Part shown: piece after piece, positions 28,584-38,699 of the stretch
How the letters are laid out: each line of letters begins with the position of its first letter
Numbering within the stretch: the stretch's first letter is position 1
Assembly (NCBI GenBank): GCA_038227875.1
Contig: JBBRPR010000016.1
Span: forward strand, 64,001 to 128,000
Reading direction: 5' to 3'
DNA from: Planctomycetota bacterium
GTDB taxonomy: Bacteria; Planctomycetota; SZUA-567; H5-PLA8
DNA: 64,000 bases
Position numbers and translations under genes: made by a program
Notes under the pieces: generated by a model
Databases searched by the model: none
Told to the model about the DNA's origin: nothing
What the model saw: only the letters and a program-made list of their open reading frames with translations

Positions 28584-29906
28584 GTGTCCACTCTGCTTCT
28601 GAAAAACGGCCGCGTCTTCGATCCTTCCCAGAAATTGGACAAGGTCGCCGACATCCTCATCGACGTTGCAACAGGGACGATCGCGAAAATCGGCTCCGGC
28701 CTGTCCGGCGACACGACCCTCGACTGCTCCGGCAAGCTCGTCTGTCCGGGGTTCATCGACATCCATGTTCACTTCCGAGAGCCAGGCTTCGGCGCGAAAG
28801 AAACCATCGCCACCGGTTCGGCGGCGGCCGTGCACGGCGGGTTCTGCACCGTCGTCACCATGCCCAACACCGATCCGCCGATCGACAATCCGACCTCCAT
28901 CGCCTACCAGTACCTGCAGGCGCGCAACGCGGGCAAGGCGCGGCTCTTTCCGATGGGCTGTATCACCAAGGGACGCGCGGGCACGGAGCTCGCCGAGCTG
29001 GGCCTGATGGCGCTGCCCAACAGCGGTTACCCCGGCGCGGTCGCCTTCACCGACGACGGCGCGGCGGTGCCCAGCAGCCAGGTCATGCGCTCGGCGTTCG
29101 AGTACGCCCAGTCGCTCAACCGCGTCATCGTCGAACACTGCGAAGACCACGACCTCTCGCACGGCGCGATCATGCACGAAGGCAAGGTCAGCGCGGCGCT
29201 GGGCATCAACGGTTACCCCAGTGCGGCCGAAGAGATCATCGTCGCGCGCGACATCCGCCTGGCCAAGCTCGCCAACGCGCGCTTCCATGTCTCGCACATT
29301 TCCGCCAAGGGCGCCGTGCAGCTCGTGCGCGAAGCCAAGGCCAAGGGCGCGAAGGTCTCCGCCGAAGTCAGCCCGCATCATCTCCTGCTGACCGACGAAT
29401 GCTGCCGCGGCTTCGATCCCGTCTACAAGATGAATCCGCCGCTGCGTGAAGCCTCCGACGTCGAAGCGTGCCTCGAAGGCCTGCTCGACGGCACCATCGA
29501 CTGTTTCGCCTCCGATCACGCGCCGCACACGAGCGAAGAAAAAGCGCGCGAGTTCATCGACGCGCCCAACGGCATCATCGGCCTGGAATCGAATATCGCC
29601 GTGCTGCTGGCGAAGCTGGTGCTGACCGGCAAGATCCCGCTCGCCCGCTTCGTGGAAGCCTGGACCTCCGCGCCCGCCAAGTGCCTGGGCCTGGATCAGT
29701 TCGGCGTCACTGGCAAGCTGCTGGAGAAAGGCAACGCCGACATCACGGTCCTGGATCTCGATCAGGAATGGAAGCTCGACGCCGCGGTCTTCAAATCCAA
29801 AGCGCGCAACTGCCCGTTCAACGGCTGGGCCTTGAAGGGCGCGCCGGTCTACACGATCGTCGGCGGCGTGGTGCATGAGGCGATCGGGTTGACAGTCAGG
29901 AAATAG
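28584..29906 (+). CDS. pyrC: Dihydroorotase (class I)
   Basis: DIHVHFREPG, MPNT, KMNPPLR and SDHAPH; GTG start after GGAG. Confidence 0.95.
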   Translation: MSTLLLKNGRVFDPSQKLDKVADILIDVATGTIAKIGSGLSGDTTLDCSGKLVCPGFIDIHVHFREPGFGAKETIATGSAAAVHGGFCTVVTMPNTDPPIDNPTSIAYQYLQARNAGKARLFPMGCITKGRAGTELAELGLMALPNSGYPGAVAFTDDGAAVPSSQVMRSAFEYAQSLNRVIVEHCEDHDLSHGAIMHEGKVSAALGINGYPSAAEEIIVARDIRLAKLANARFHVSHISAKGAVQLVREAKAKGAKVSAEVSPHHLLLTDECCRGFDPVYKMNPPLREASDVEACLEGLLDGTIDCFASDHAPHTSEEKAREFIDAPNGIIGLESNIAVLLAKLVLTGKIPLARFVEAWTSAPAKCLGLDQFGVTGKLLEKGNADITVLDLDQEWKLDAAVFKSKARNCPFNGWALKGAPVYTIVGGVVHEAIGLTVRK

Positions 29907-30105
29907 GTTTTTGTACTCACGCGGTGCCGCCCAGAATGGAAACCAGCGGGATTCGGGAATCGGGAATCGCCGTAGCCGAATCCCGCTCGTAGCAGCTTCG
30001 CAACTTGCGTGAGAAAAAAACCTCCGCACTTGCACCCAGCCGCCACTGACTTTATCCTCTGCGGGATTTGAGATTTTCAAGCCGTTCGCTTCGAGAAAGG
30101 ATTCC

Positions 30106-31260
<1,155 letters not shown>

Positions 31261-31266
31261 CGAACT

Positions 31267-31401
31267 GAGTCATTGGTCATTGGTCATCGGTCATCGGTCA
31301 TTTGTCATTTACGAAGAGCGTAGTTGCGAGCCCAAGCTCCTGCCTACCGCTCCACGTAAATGACAACTGACCGATGACCATTGCCCAATGACCAATGACT
31401 C
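31267..31401. repeat. Inverted heptamer arrays (GGTCATT/GGTCATC ... AATGACC) forming a long hairpin
   Basis: gagtcattggtcattggtcatcggtcatcggtcatttgtcatttacg pairs with cgtaaatgacaactgaccgatgaccattgcccaatgaccaatgactc. Confidence 0.85.
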
Positions 31402-31474
31402 TGTTTCACTTTCGTATGGTTTATAGCCCTAAGCCTCATACAATTAGTGCCGTCGTAGGATGAGAGGATCGGCT

Positions 31475-32386
31475 ATGCGACTCATTCCGCTGCTGGTGTT
31501 TGTTCTCGCGCTGGGATTGCGCGCTGAAGATGCGCCGGTTGTGGAATTGAGCGATCTGCCGGTCCAGGATCCCGCCTACGTCGATCCGCTGGCCCGCGAC
31601 GTGGCCTCTTCCACCGAGACTCTGAATTCGAACGATTTTCAGGCCGCTCAGAAGCAGCGTATCGAAGAGACGTTGTCCGCGAGCGAAGAGGTTTTTCGCC
31701 ACGCGCTGCGGCTGAACAATCGGCGTTTTGGTCTGCGCGGATCGGTCAATGAATATGCGATGCGCCGCCTCGAAGCGAACCGATCGACCATCGTGATCGT
31801 CCCGTTCGGCGCCGAAATCCGTTCCAAGGCGCTCGTGGCCTTCACGCGTAAGCTGCCCATCACCAGTCAACGCGTGGCGTTGCTGGCCGATGGTTCCATC
31901 GTTCGCGTCGAGAACACCGCGCAGCTCCACGCGCTGATCGCCTCGACCCTGCGCAACAGCCACTGCACCATCGAACTCCGCCGCGACTGCACGCCCGATG
32001 AGGAACGCAATTTTCTGGAAGCGCTGGCGCAGCTGACGCACGAAGACTTCGACCAGCGCGAAGCCGCCTCGGCGCGGTTGCGCGAAGCGGGATTGAAAGC
32101 ACTGCCGCTCCTGACGCTCGGCGCGAAATCCGCCGACCCGGAACGCCGCGAGCGCTGCCGCGACGCGCTGGTCCGGCTCGACCGCTTTTACGCGTTGCGT
32201 TCGTACGTCGTGGATTTGCGCAACGAGCTGGGCCTCCCGGAAATCCCCGACACCGGCAAACCGATCGTCCCCGAGACCGTCCGCGTCGCCGGCGAGATCG
32301 TGATCGTCGGCAGCAAGGAGTTCCCACTGGCGCTGCTGCGGGATTCGTTTCCGGATATTTATGGGAATTTGATCGGCGGGGAGTGA
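31475..32386 (+). CDS. Secreted hypothetical protein with one HEAT-like hairpin
   Basis: Signal peptide; L..EDF.QREAASARL...G..ALP.L.......DPERRER. Confidence 0.75.
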   Translation: MRLIPLLVFVLALGLRAEDAPVVELSDLPVQDPAYVDPLARDVASSTETLNSNDFQAAQKQRIEETLSASEEVFRHALRLNNRRFGLRGSVNEYAMRRLEANRSTIVIVPFGAEIRSKALVAFTRKLPITSQRVALLADGSIVRVENTAQLHALIASTLRNSHCTIELRRDCTPDEERNFLEALAQLTHEDFDQREAASARLREAGLKALPLLTLGAKSADPERRERCRDALVRLDRFYALRSYVVDLRNELGLPEIPDTGKPIVPETVRVAGEIVIVGSKEFPLALLRDSFPDIYGNLIGGE

Positions 32387-33021
32387 TGCCCAAGTTGCTC
32401 GCGAATATCACCGGCGCTCGACAACTACTTCTCGCTTGGCAAGAGCAGTTTGGAACGCCTTGTATTCCGCAATTGCTCGGCACGGTTTGTGTGCTCGATG
32501 AGAAAGTTCATATATTTGAAGTCCTGAGAAACTATGGATCCAACAGCTCGGATCACAAATGTTATGGTGTGCCAGACGGTCGTTGGCTGGTCGTGGATAT
32601 TTTCAAAGATGCCTCGGGTGAAAAGTTGCTGACTGCGATTTGCCATCCAAAAATTACTGTGAATTCGTGGACCCGTGGCGATCACCTCTGTTTTGACTCG
32701 GGCATTCTGGGCATATTCAATACGAAGGCGATCGAAATTCTCCGAAAGCTCCACATTAAAGATGGGAATGAATATCTTGATTTGCCCGAGGTCGATGGAA
32801 GGCTTTGTTGGTTTTCAACAGACGTCAAAGAGCCAGAAGACTATATCGATCAAATCGAGCACTTTAGCGATTTGGGTCTGCAACTGAATTCACTAAATAG
32901 AGGAACCAGCGTTATAACCAAAAGTCCACAAGATGCTGTAGTTGTCCACGGCAAAGACAAGCATGGTAAAATTGGGATGATTGTGTTGGACTACCAGAAT
33001 TTCATGAAATTGGGTTCCTGA
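32383..33021 (+). CDS. Hypothetical protein, lower GC
   Basis: GTGA overlap with the upstream gene; 212-aa ORF in visibly AT-richer DNA. Confidence 0.65.
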   Translation: MMPKLLANITGARQLLLAWQEQFGTPCIPQLLGTVCVLDEKVHIFEVLRNYGSNSSDHKCYGVPDGRWLVVDIFKDASGEKLLTAICHPKITVNSWTRGDHLCFDSGILGIFNTKAIEILRKLHIKDGNEYLDLPEVDGRLCWFSTDVKEPEDYIDQIEHFSDLGLQLNSLNRGTSVITKSPQDAVVVHGKDKHGKIGMIVLDYQNFMKLGS

Positions 33022-33109
33022 CGGCAACTCGGCTTACGCATGCGTCCGTGTTCTCGGGTCCGTTTCATGTCGCTGCGAACTCGCCGACGAGTTTGTGTTC
33101 GCTGCGCTC

Positions 33110-33140
33110 ACCCACCCGAATTCTTCGAATTCGGGTGGGT
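33110..33140. terminator. 14-bp hairpin between convergent genes
   Basis: acccacccgaattc-ttc-gaattcgggtgggt; no clear U tract. Confidence 0.45.
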
Positions 33141-33203
33141 CACCCCTCGCGGGGAACGCGCTTCGCTAATCCGCAATCCGCAATCCGAAATCCGCAATGC
33201 CGT

Positions 33204-36200
33204 TTAGGCTCGCTTCAGCGCGATCGTGGCTTTCTCCTCGTCGACTTCGACCTCCATCGTCTCGTAGCCGTCCGGCAGCGCGCCGACTTGCTGGTCGACG
33301 GCCAGCGTCTCCTGGCAGATGTACGCGGAGAACTTCTTCGCCACATCTTCCAGCCGCGCCGAGCCTTTCAGCGCGATGTGGATGCGCTGCTCGTACGCGA
33401 GCTTCAGATCGCCGCGCCAGCCGTTGACGCGGTTGACCAGCTCGCGCGCCACGCCTTCGTCGAGCAACTCCGGAGTCAGGTGCGTGTCGAGCACCACCAC
33501 AACGCTCCGGCCACTGGCGGCGGCGTAGCCGTCTTTCGCTTTGAGCGAGACTTCGACCTCTTCGGGCGTCAGCTCCACTTCCTTGCCGCCAGAAAGCGCC
33601 AGCTTCGCCTTGCCGCTGGCCGTCATCTGCGCGCGCAGGTTCGCGGCGTCGGCTTTCGAGAGCGCTTCCTTCAGCTGCGGAACCAGCTCGCGGTACTTCG
33701 CACCGATCGCCTTGAAGTTCGGCTTCAGCTCGTAGTTCACGAACTGATCGGCCTGGTGCGCGATCTCGATGGCCTTCACGTTCAGCTCGTCGAGCAGCAC
33801 CTGCTCGTGCTTGCGCACCGTGGCGTCGAACTTCGCGTCGCTCAGCACCACAATCACTTTCGAAAGCGGCTGGCGCGTCTTCAGCTTCGCGCCCGATCGC
33901 GCGGCACGGCCGAGGCTCGCCACTTCGCGCACCAGCGCGAACTCGTCGCCCAGCGACGCGTCGATCAACGCTTCGTCGGCTTCCGGGTAATCGCAGAGAT
34001 GCACGCTCTGCGGCACGTCGTCGCCGAACGGCAGCACGGACAGATTCTGCCAGAGCTCTTCGGCGAGGAACGGCACGAACGGCGCCGAGAGTTTGGCGAC
34101 GGTGATCAGCGCTTCGTAGAGCGTCCAGTACGCGCTGAGCTTCTCCTTGTCGCGCAGGGCGTCCTTGCCCGGCGTCTGCCAGCTCGCCCAGAACCGGTCG
34201 CGCGAACGGCGCACGTACCAGTTCGAGAGCGCTTCGACAAACGCGTTGAGCGCCTGCGCCGCCGCGTAGATGTCGTACGCGTCGAGCTTCGCGCGGACGG
34301 CTTTGACCGTCTGCTGCAGCTCCGACAGGATCCAGCGGTCGAGCAGCGTCTTTTCCTTCTTGTCCGGATCGAACGTGCCGGGATCGAAGCCGTCGATGTT
34401 GGCGTAGATCACGAAGAACGAATAGACGTTGCGCAGCTTGAGCAGGAATTCCTTCTGCGATTCGCGCACCGCCGGCCGCGAAAACCGCGCGCTGGTCCAC
34501 GGATTGGTCGACGAATAGAAGAACCAGCGCAACGCATCCGCGCCTTCCTCATCAAGGATGAGATTCGGGTCGAGGTAATTACCCTTCGACTTCGACATCT
34601 TCTCGCCCTTCTCGTCACAGACGTGACCCAACACGAGGCACGTCTTGTACGGAAGCGGATACGAACGGAAGGACTGAGGACTGAGGGCTGAGGACTGAGG
34701 TACTCCGTTCTCTGACCCCTGGCCCCTGACCCCTGACCCCTCAGCAGCGAAGCTGCTGTTCAGCAGCGTGCTCTCCGCGATCAGCGAATAAAACCACCCG
34801 CGCGTCTGGTCGATCGCTTCGCTGATAAAATCCGCGGGGAAGGCGAGGTTGAATTTCTCCTTCGAGCCGGCCAGATGCGGATAGCCCCACTGCGCGAAGG
34901 GCATCGCGCCGCTGTCGTACCAGCAGTCGATCACTTCCGTCGTCCGCTTCATTTCCTTGCCGCAGGTGCCGCACGAAAACACGGCCGCGTCGATCCACGG
35001 CTTGTGGACGCGCAGGTGTTCGTTCAACGACGGGTCCTTCTTCTTGGCGACGTCAAACGCGTCGAGCCCCTTCGCGTTGGGCTTGCTCTTCAATTCCGCA
35101 AACGACGCGACGGCTTCCTGGTGGCCGTTCTCGCACTGCCACACATTCAGCGGCGTGCCCCAGTAACGTTCGCGCGAGAGCGCCCAGTCGATGTTGCTCT
35201 CGAGGAAGCTGCCGAAGCGGCCTTCCTTGATGTGCTCGGGATGCCAGTCCACCTTCTTATTATTCTCGATAACGTGGCCGATCTCCCGCGTCGTGCGGAT
35301 GAACCACCCGCCGCGCGCGTAGTAGATCAACGGCGATTTGCAGCGCCAGCAGAACGGGTAGGGATGTTTGTATCCCTCGCGCTTGAGCAGCAGCCCCCGC
35401 GCTTTGAGATCGCGGATGATGTCGTTGTCGGAATCTTTGACGAAGCGGCCCGAGAATTCACCGCACGCCGCCGTGAAATTGCCGTCCGGCCCGACCAGCT
35501 GGATGACCGGCATGCCGACCTTTTTGCCGAGCTGATAATCGTCTTCACCGAACGCCGGCGCCATGTGGACGATGCCCGAACCGGTGTCGAGCGTCACGAA
35601 CTCCGCGGCGTGTACGCGCCAGACATTCTTTTTCTCATCGGGCGTGAATTTCGCTTCCTGATTCCATTTAAAGAGCGGCTGATACGCGCGCCCGACCAGC
35701 GCCGTTCCCGGCTCGGTCTTGACGACGTCAAACTTCATCTTCCCCATCACCGTTTTCACGAGCGCCGACGCCATCACCAGCGTCTCTTCGCCGACTTTGA
35801 CATGGCTGTATTCGGTGTCGGCCTTCACAGCCAGGCCCGCGTTGCTGGGAAGTGTCCACGGGGTCGTCGTCCAGGCGAGGTAGCTGGTTTTGTTCGTTTC
35901 CCAATCGACATCGCGGAACGTCACGAAGACCGACGGGTCTTCGACTTCCTGATAGCCCTGGCCGACTTCGTGGCTCGACAGTGCCGTCTGGCAGTGCGGG
36001 CACCACGGCAGGATCTTGTGCCCCTTATAGAGCAGATCCTGCGCATGCAGTTGCTTCAGTGACCACCACACGCTTTCGACGTAGCTCTGATGGTACGTGA
36101 CGTAGGCGTCGTTGAGGTCGATCCAGAAACCGATCTTCTCGGTCAGCTGCTCCCAGTCCTGCGTGTAACGGAAGACCGAGTCCATGCATTTGCGCACGAA

Positions 36201-36560
36201 CGGTTCGACACCGTACTTCTCCACTTCGCTCTTGCCGTTGAGCTTCAGTTCCTTCTCGACTTCGATCTCGACGGGCAGACCGTGCGTGTCCCAGCCCGCT
36301 TTGCGCGGCACGTAGTACCCGCACATGGTTTTGTAGCGCGGGAAGAGATCCTTGACGACGCGCGTCAGCACGTGCCCGGGATGTGGCTTGCCATTGGCCG
36401 TCGGCGGGCCTTCGTAAAAGACCCACGTCTTCGTGCCCTTCGCCGACTCGCGCTGTTTCATGGATTGCTGGAAGATGCTGTTGGCTTTCCAGAATTCCAG
36501 GACGCGCGCTTCGCCCTTGGGGAAGTTGAAGTTGGAATCGACCGGTTCGAAGACGGACAT
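33204..36560 (-). CDS. ileS: Isoleucine--tRNA ligase, type 2
   Basis: EGPPTANG.PHPGH, GWDTHGLP, WTTTPWT, DWALSRERYWGTP, DQTRGWF and KMSKS; type-2 C-terminus without a zinc finger. Confidence 0.97.
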   Translation of the reverse strand: MSVFEPVDSNFNFPKGEARVLEFWKANSIFQQSMKQRESAKGTKTWVFYEGPPTANGKPHPGHVLTRVVKDLFPRYKTMCGYYVPRKAGWDTHGLPVEIEVEKELKLNGKSEVEKYGVEPFVRKCMDSVFRYTQDWEQLTEKIGFWIDLNDAYVTYHQSYVESVWWSLKQLHAQDLLYKGHKILPWCPHCQTALSSHEVGQGYQEVEDPSVFVTFRDVDWETNKTSYLAWTTTPWTLPSNAGLAVKADTEYSHVKVGEETLVMASALVKTVMGKMKFDVVKTEPGTALVGRAYQPLFKWNQEAKFTPDEKKNVWRVHAAEFVTLDTGSGIVHMAPAFGEDDYQLGKKVGMPVIQLVGPDGNFTAACGEFSGRFVKDSDNDIIRDLKARGLLLKREGYKHPYPFCWRCKSPLIYYARGGWFIRTTREIGHVIENNKKVDWHPEHIKEGRFGSFLESNIDWALSRERYWGTPLNVWQCENGHQEAVASFAELKSKPNAKGLDAFDVAKKKDPSLNEHLRVHKPWIDAAVFSCGTCGKEMKRTTEVIDCWYDSGAMPFAQWGYPHLAGSKEKFNLAFPADFISEAIDQTRGWFYSLIAESTLLNSSFAAEGSGVRGQGSENGVPQSSALSPQSFRSYPLPYKTCLVLGHVCDEKGEKMSKSKGNYLDPNLILDEEGADALRWFFYSSTNPWTSARFSRPAVRESQKEFLLKLRNVYSFFVIYANIDGFDPGTFDPDKKEKTLLDRWILSELQQTVKAVRAKLDAYDIYAAAQALNAFVEALSNWYVRRSRDRFWASWQTPGKDALRDKEKLSAYWTLYEALITVAKLSAPFVPFLAEELWQNLSVLPFGDDVPQSVHLCDYPEADEALIDASLGDEFALVREVASLGRAARSGAKLKTRQPLSKVIVVLSDAKFDATVRKHEQVLLDELNVKAIEIAHQADQFVNYELKPNFKAIGAKYRELVPQLKEALSKADAANLRAQMTASGKAKLALSGGKEVELTPEEVEVSLKAKDGYAAASGRSVVVVLDTHLTPELLDEGVARELVNRVNGWRGDLKLAYEQRIHIALKGSARLEDVAKKFSAYICQETLAVDQQVGALPDGYETMEVEVDEEKATIALKRA

Positions 36561-36686
36561 AGTGTTCTACTCCAGTGGCGCCGCAAGCGGCGAGGGGTCA
36601 GGGGTCAGGGGCCAGTGGTCAGAGCTTCGCGGGACGAGCCGAGATGCGTTGACCGTTGCTCCGGAGACCTTTAAAAAGTGAACAGT

Positions 36687-36719
36687 AAAAACGAAAACGG
36701 GCCATTCCCATGGCCCGTT
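36687..36719 (-). terminator. Intrinsic terminator about 130 nt upstream of ileS
   Basis: AACGGGCCAT-GGGA-ATGGCCCGTT followed by TTCGTTTTT on the minus strand. Confidence 0.75.
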
Positions 36720-36732
36720 GAGCATCCTCTTT

Positions 36733-36860
36733 CCGTTGAACGTGAACTTCAGCTTAAGCCATCAACCGGTCGAAGCGCTCATCGGCCCAGGGAGCTATCT
36801 CCCGGGCCAAAGTAATAGGCGATCCACCGTCCGCAGCCAGCATGGCATTCACGCTCCCGT
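36733..36860 (-). ncRNA. Putative rod-shaped structured RNA or ileS leader
   Basis: Nested pairings GAGCGUGAAU/GUUCACGUUC, GCCAU/AUGGC, CGGU/ACCG and GGCCCGGGAG/CUCCCUGGGCC. Confidence 0.45.
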
Positions 36861-37082
36861 AGTGCAGGTTTCAAATAGACCACCTTTGGTGCGTGGTGTC
36901 AAGTCCTCCGCCTGGGTTGCTTTCGAAGAGGGCAACCGGAACGCTACGTAGTCCGGGCGTCCCGCCCGGTCTAACCGCGCCAAACGCAGAAGAGACGAAC
37001 GTTTCGATTAGCGCGTGTTCTATCGCGAAGCAAGGACTACGAAACTGCCCGCGATGAAAACCTAAATTTCAATATTTACTTC

Positions 37083-37111
37083 TTGACAAAGCCTATTTAA
37101 CGGTCTATAGT
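37083..37111 (+). promoter_or_regulatory. Sigma70 promoter
   Basis: TTGACA (37083-37088), 17-nt spacer, TATAGT (37106-37111); AT-rich UP-like region upstream. Confidence 0.8.
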
Positions 37112-37128
37112 TATTAATTGAAGCGTAG

Positions 37129-37141
37129 TGGTCTTTGACAA
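37129..37141 (+). promoter_or_regulatory. boxA-like antitermination element
   Basis: TGGTCTTTGACAA resembles boxA (TGCTCTTTAACAA) and lies just after the predicted transcription start. Confidence 0.5.
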
Positions 37142-37647
37142 CCCAAGAGCTCTTCCCGACTACCTCGGATCGCACCCGCTGCGCCGGCTGCCGCAGCGCC
37201 GTGCGTGTTGTTCTCGGCGCCCCACCGCGACCGGCGCACGAGGCGCGCCGAACCTGACAAGTACAACAACGATGTTGTACGGAAAATATCCGAGGACCTG
37301 AAAACCGTAACATTTTGTAACATTCTGTAACATTTGCCTATGAAGTCTGTGTGGTACTTCACCCCGTGCAATCGACCCAAATGTTACATGCGGCAGCCTT
37401 GAGCCAACCCTCGGGCCACGTGGCCCGGAGGTCATTTTGACCCTGGGGACAATTGTCCCTGAGGGGTGGGCGACCTTGGGGAAAATTGCTAAAAGTTTTG
37501 CGATAACTAATGATCAGGCTGAATAGAATTTTGAGCGAGATCTCGCTATTGCGATGGCTGGGTTGGAGAAATTGTTACTGCAATGTCCGTGTTGATTCTT
37601 GTCAGTGAGTTGTTAACGTTTGAAAATCCAATTTCTTAAAAAGTGAA

Positions 37648-38166
37648 ATGAATATGTCACCTCTGGCCTATCTTTTCATGATCTCAATTTTGGCCCTTGG
37701 GGGTATCGGAGTATTATGGTACTTCTCGAGGAACAAGCGGTATACGCGGACGGTAAAGATTCTAGGCATAGTGTATTTTTTAATGCTATTTGGTGTCCAC
37801 GTTGGCTATCTAGTTTCTGCTTTGTCCCAATCACAGACACCACCTGTCCTCCAAATCGCAAATAGTACGCTTCCAATTACCGCGCCCTCGACGATTCCCG
37901 CTGGAAAATATACCCTTGTGATTGAGGTCCGCAAAGATGCGAAGCAGAGTGCAGTGACTTCAAAAATAATAATGGATTTGACGGAGAGCGGTGCTCACTG
38001 CAACGTCGCTCACGATCTTTCGGTCATTGCCTTTGCGCATCTTGCCCAATCGTACGCCAACGATCTACGAGAAAAGATTGCTCGAGAAGGTATTTCTGCG
38101 CGTGTTATAGAAGATGATCCCAGCCCCAACTATGAGCCGCTCAAGAGTACAACGGCTGAAAAGTAA
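37648..38166 (+). CDS. Hypothetical membrane protein, low GC
   Basis: Two N-terminal TM helices; AT-rich coding sequence. Confidence 0.7.
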   Translation: MNMSPLAYLFMISILALGGIGVLWYFSRNKRYTRTVKILGIVYFLMLFGVHVGYLVSALSQSQTPPVLQIANSTLPITAPSTIPAGKYTLVIEVRKDAKQSAVTSKIIMDLTESGAHCNVAHDLSVIAFAHLAQSYANDLREKIAREGISARVIEDDPSPNYEPLKSTTAEK

Positions 38167-38699
38167 ACTATTCTGATGGCACGGCCTTGTTTCCAGTGCC
38201 GTAGGCAACGCCAATTGGCCAGACCATTTTTGCTCGTCCTGCCCATATACGGCACATAGTGGTTGAGAATCAACGTCAACGCACTCATTCAGCCCCATGT
38301 GTTAATTAGGCACCACGAAAGATTTACGAATAAAAGTAAAGAAAAGTTTGCGTTGAATCTCCATAAGCAACAGTCACTTACATCAATTAGAGAAGTATTA
38401 GCCTGCGCCCCATTTGACGGCTTGACGATGGATATGATATGAGGAACGAAGCTTCCCGATGCGCGTTGTCAGACGCTGGGTTTGGGGCCCGCGAACGCAA
38501 TTGAGAAGCAAGCAGCGAAGTTTGGTCCGTGTGTGTTCGCTGCGCAGTTGGTTTCAGTGCGGTGCAGACATCTTGGTTCCGGGTATTGGATACGCGGAAC
38601 GTCGGCGCGTTGATTCTGCTGAGTGCAGCATCAGCCGGGCTGCGGAGACGCAGTTCGTAAAAAGCCGGCCACTTCACTGGGCGAGGCCGTAGACCCGAA

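Noticed and set aside
36600..36900. T-box riboswitch or SRP RNA upstream of ileS
   Set aside because: No GGTGGNACCGCG T-box and no SRP domain-IV GGAAG/AGCAG motif.
37050..37480. Replication origin or rRNA operon start
   Set aside because: No DnaA-box cluster and no rRNA sequence follows.
38178..38194. Sigma54 promoter (TGGCACGG...)
   Set aside because: No GC at the required -12 spacing.
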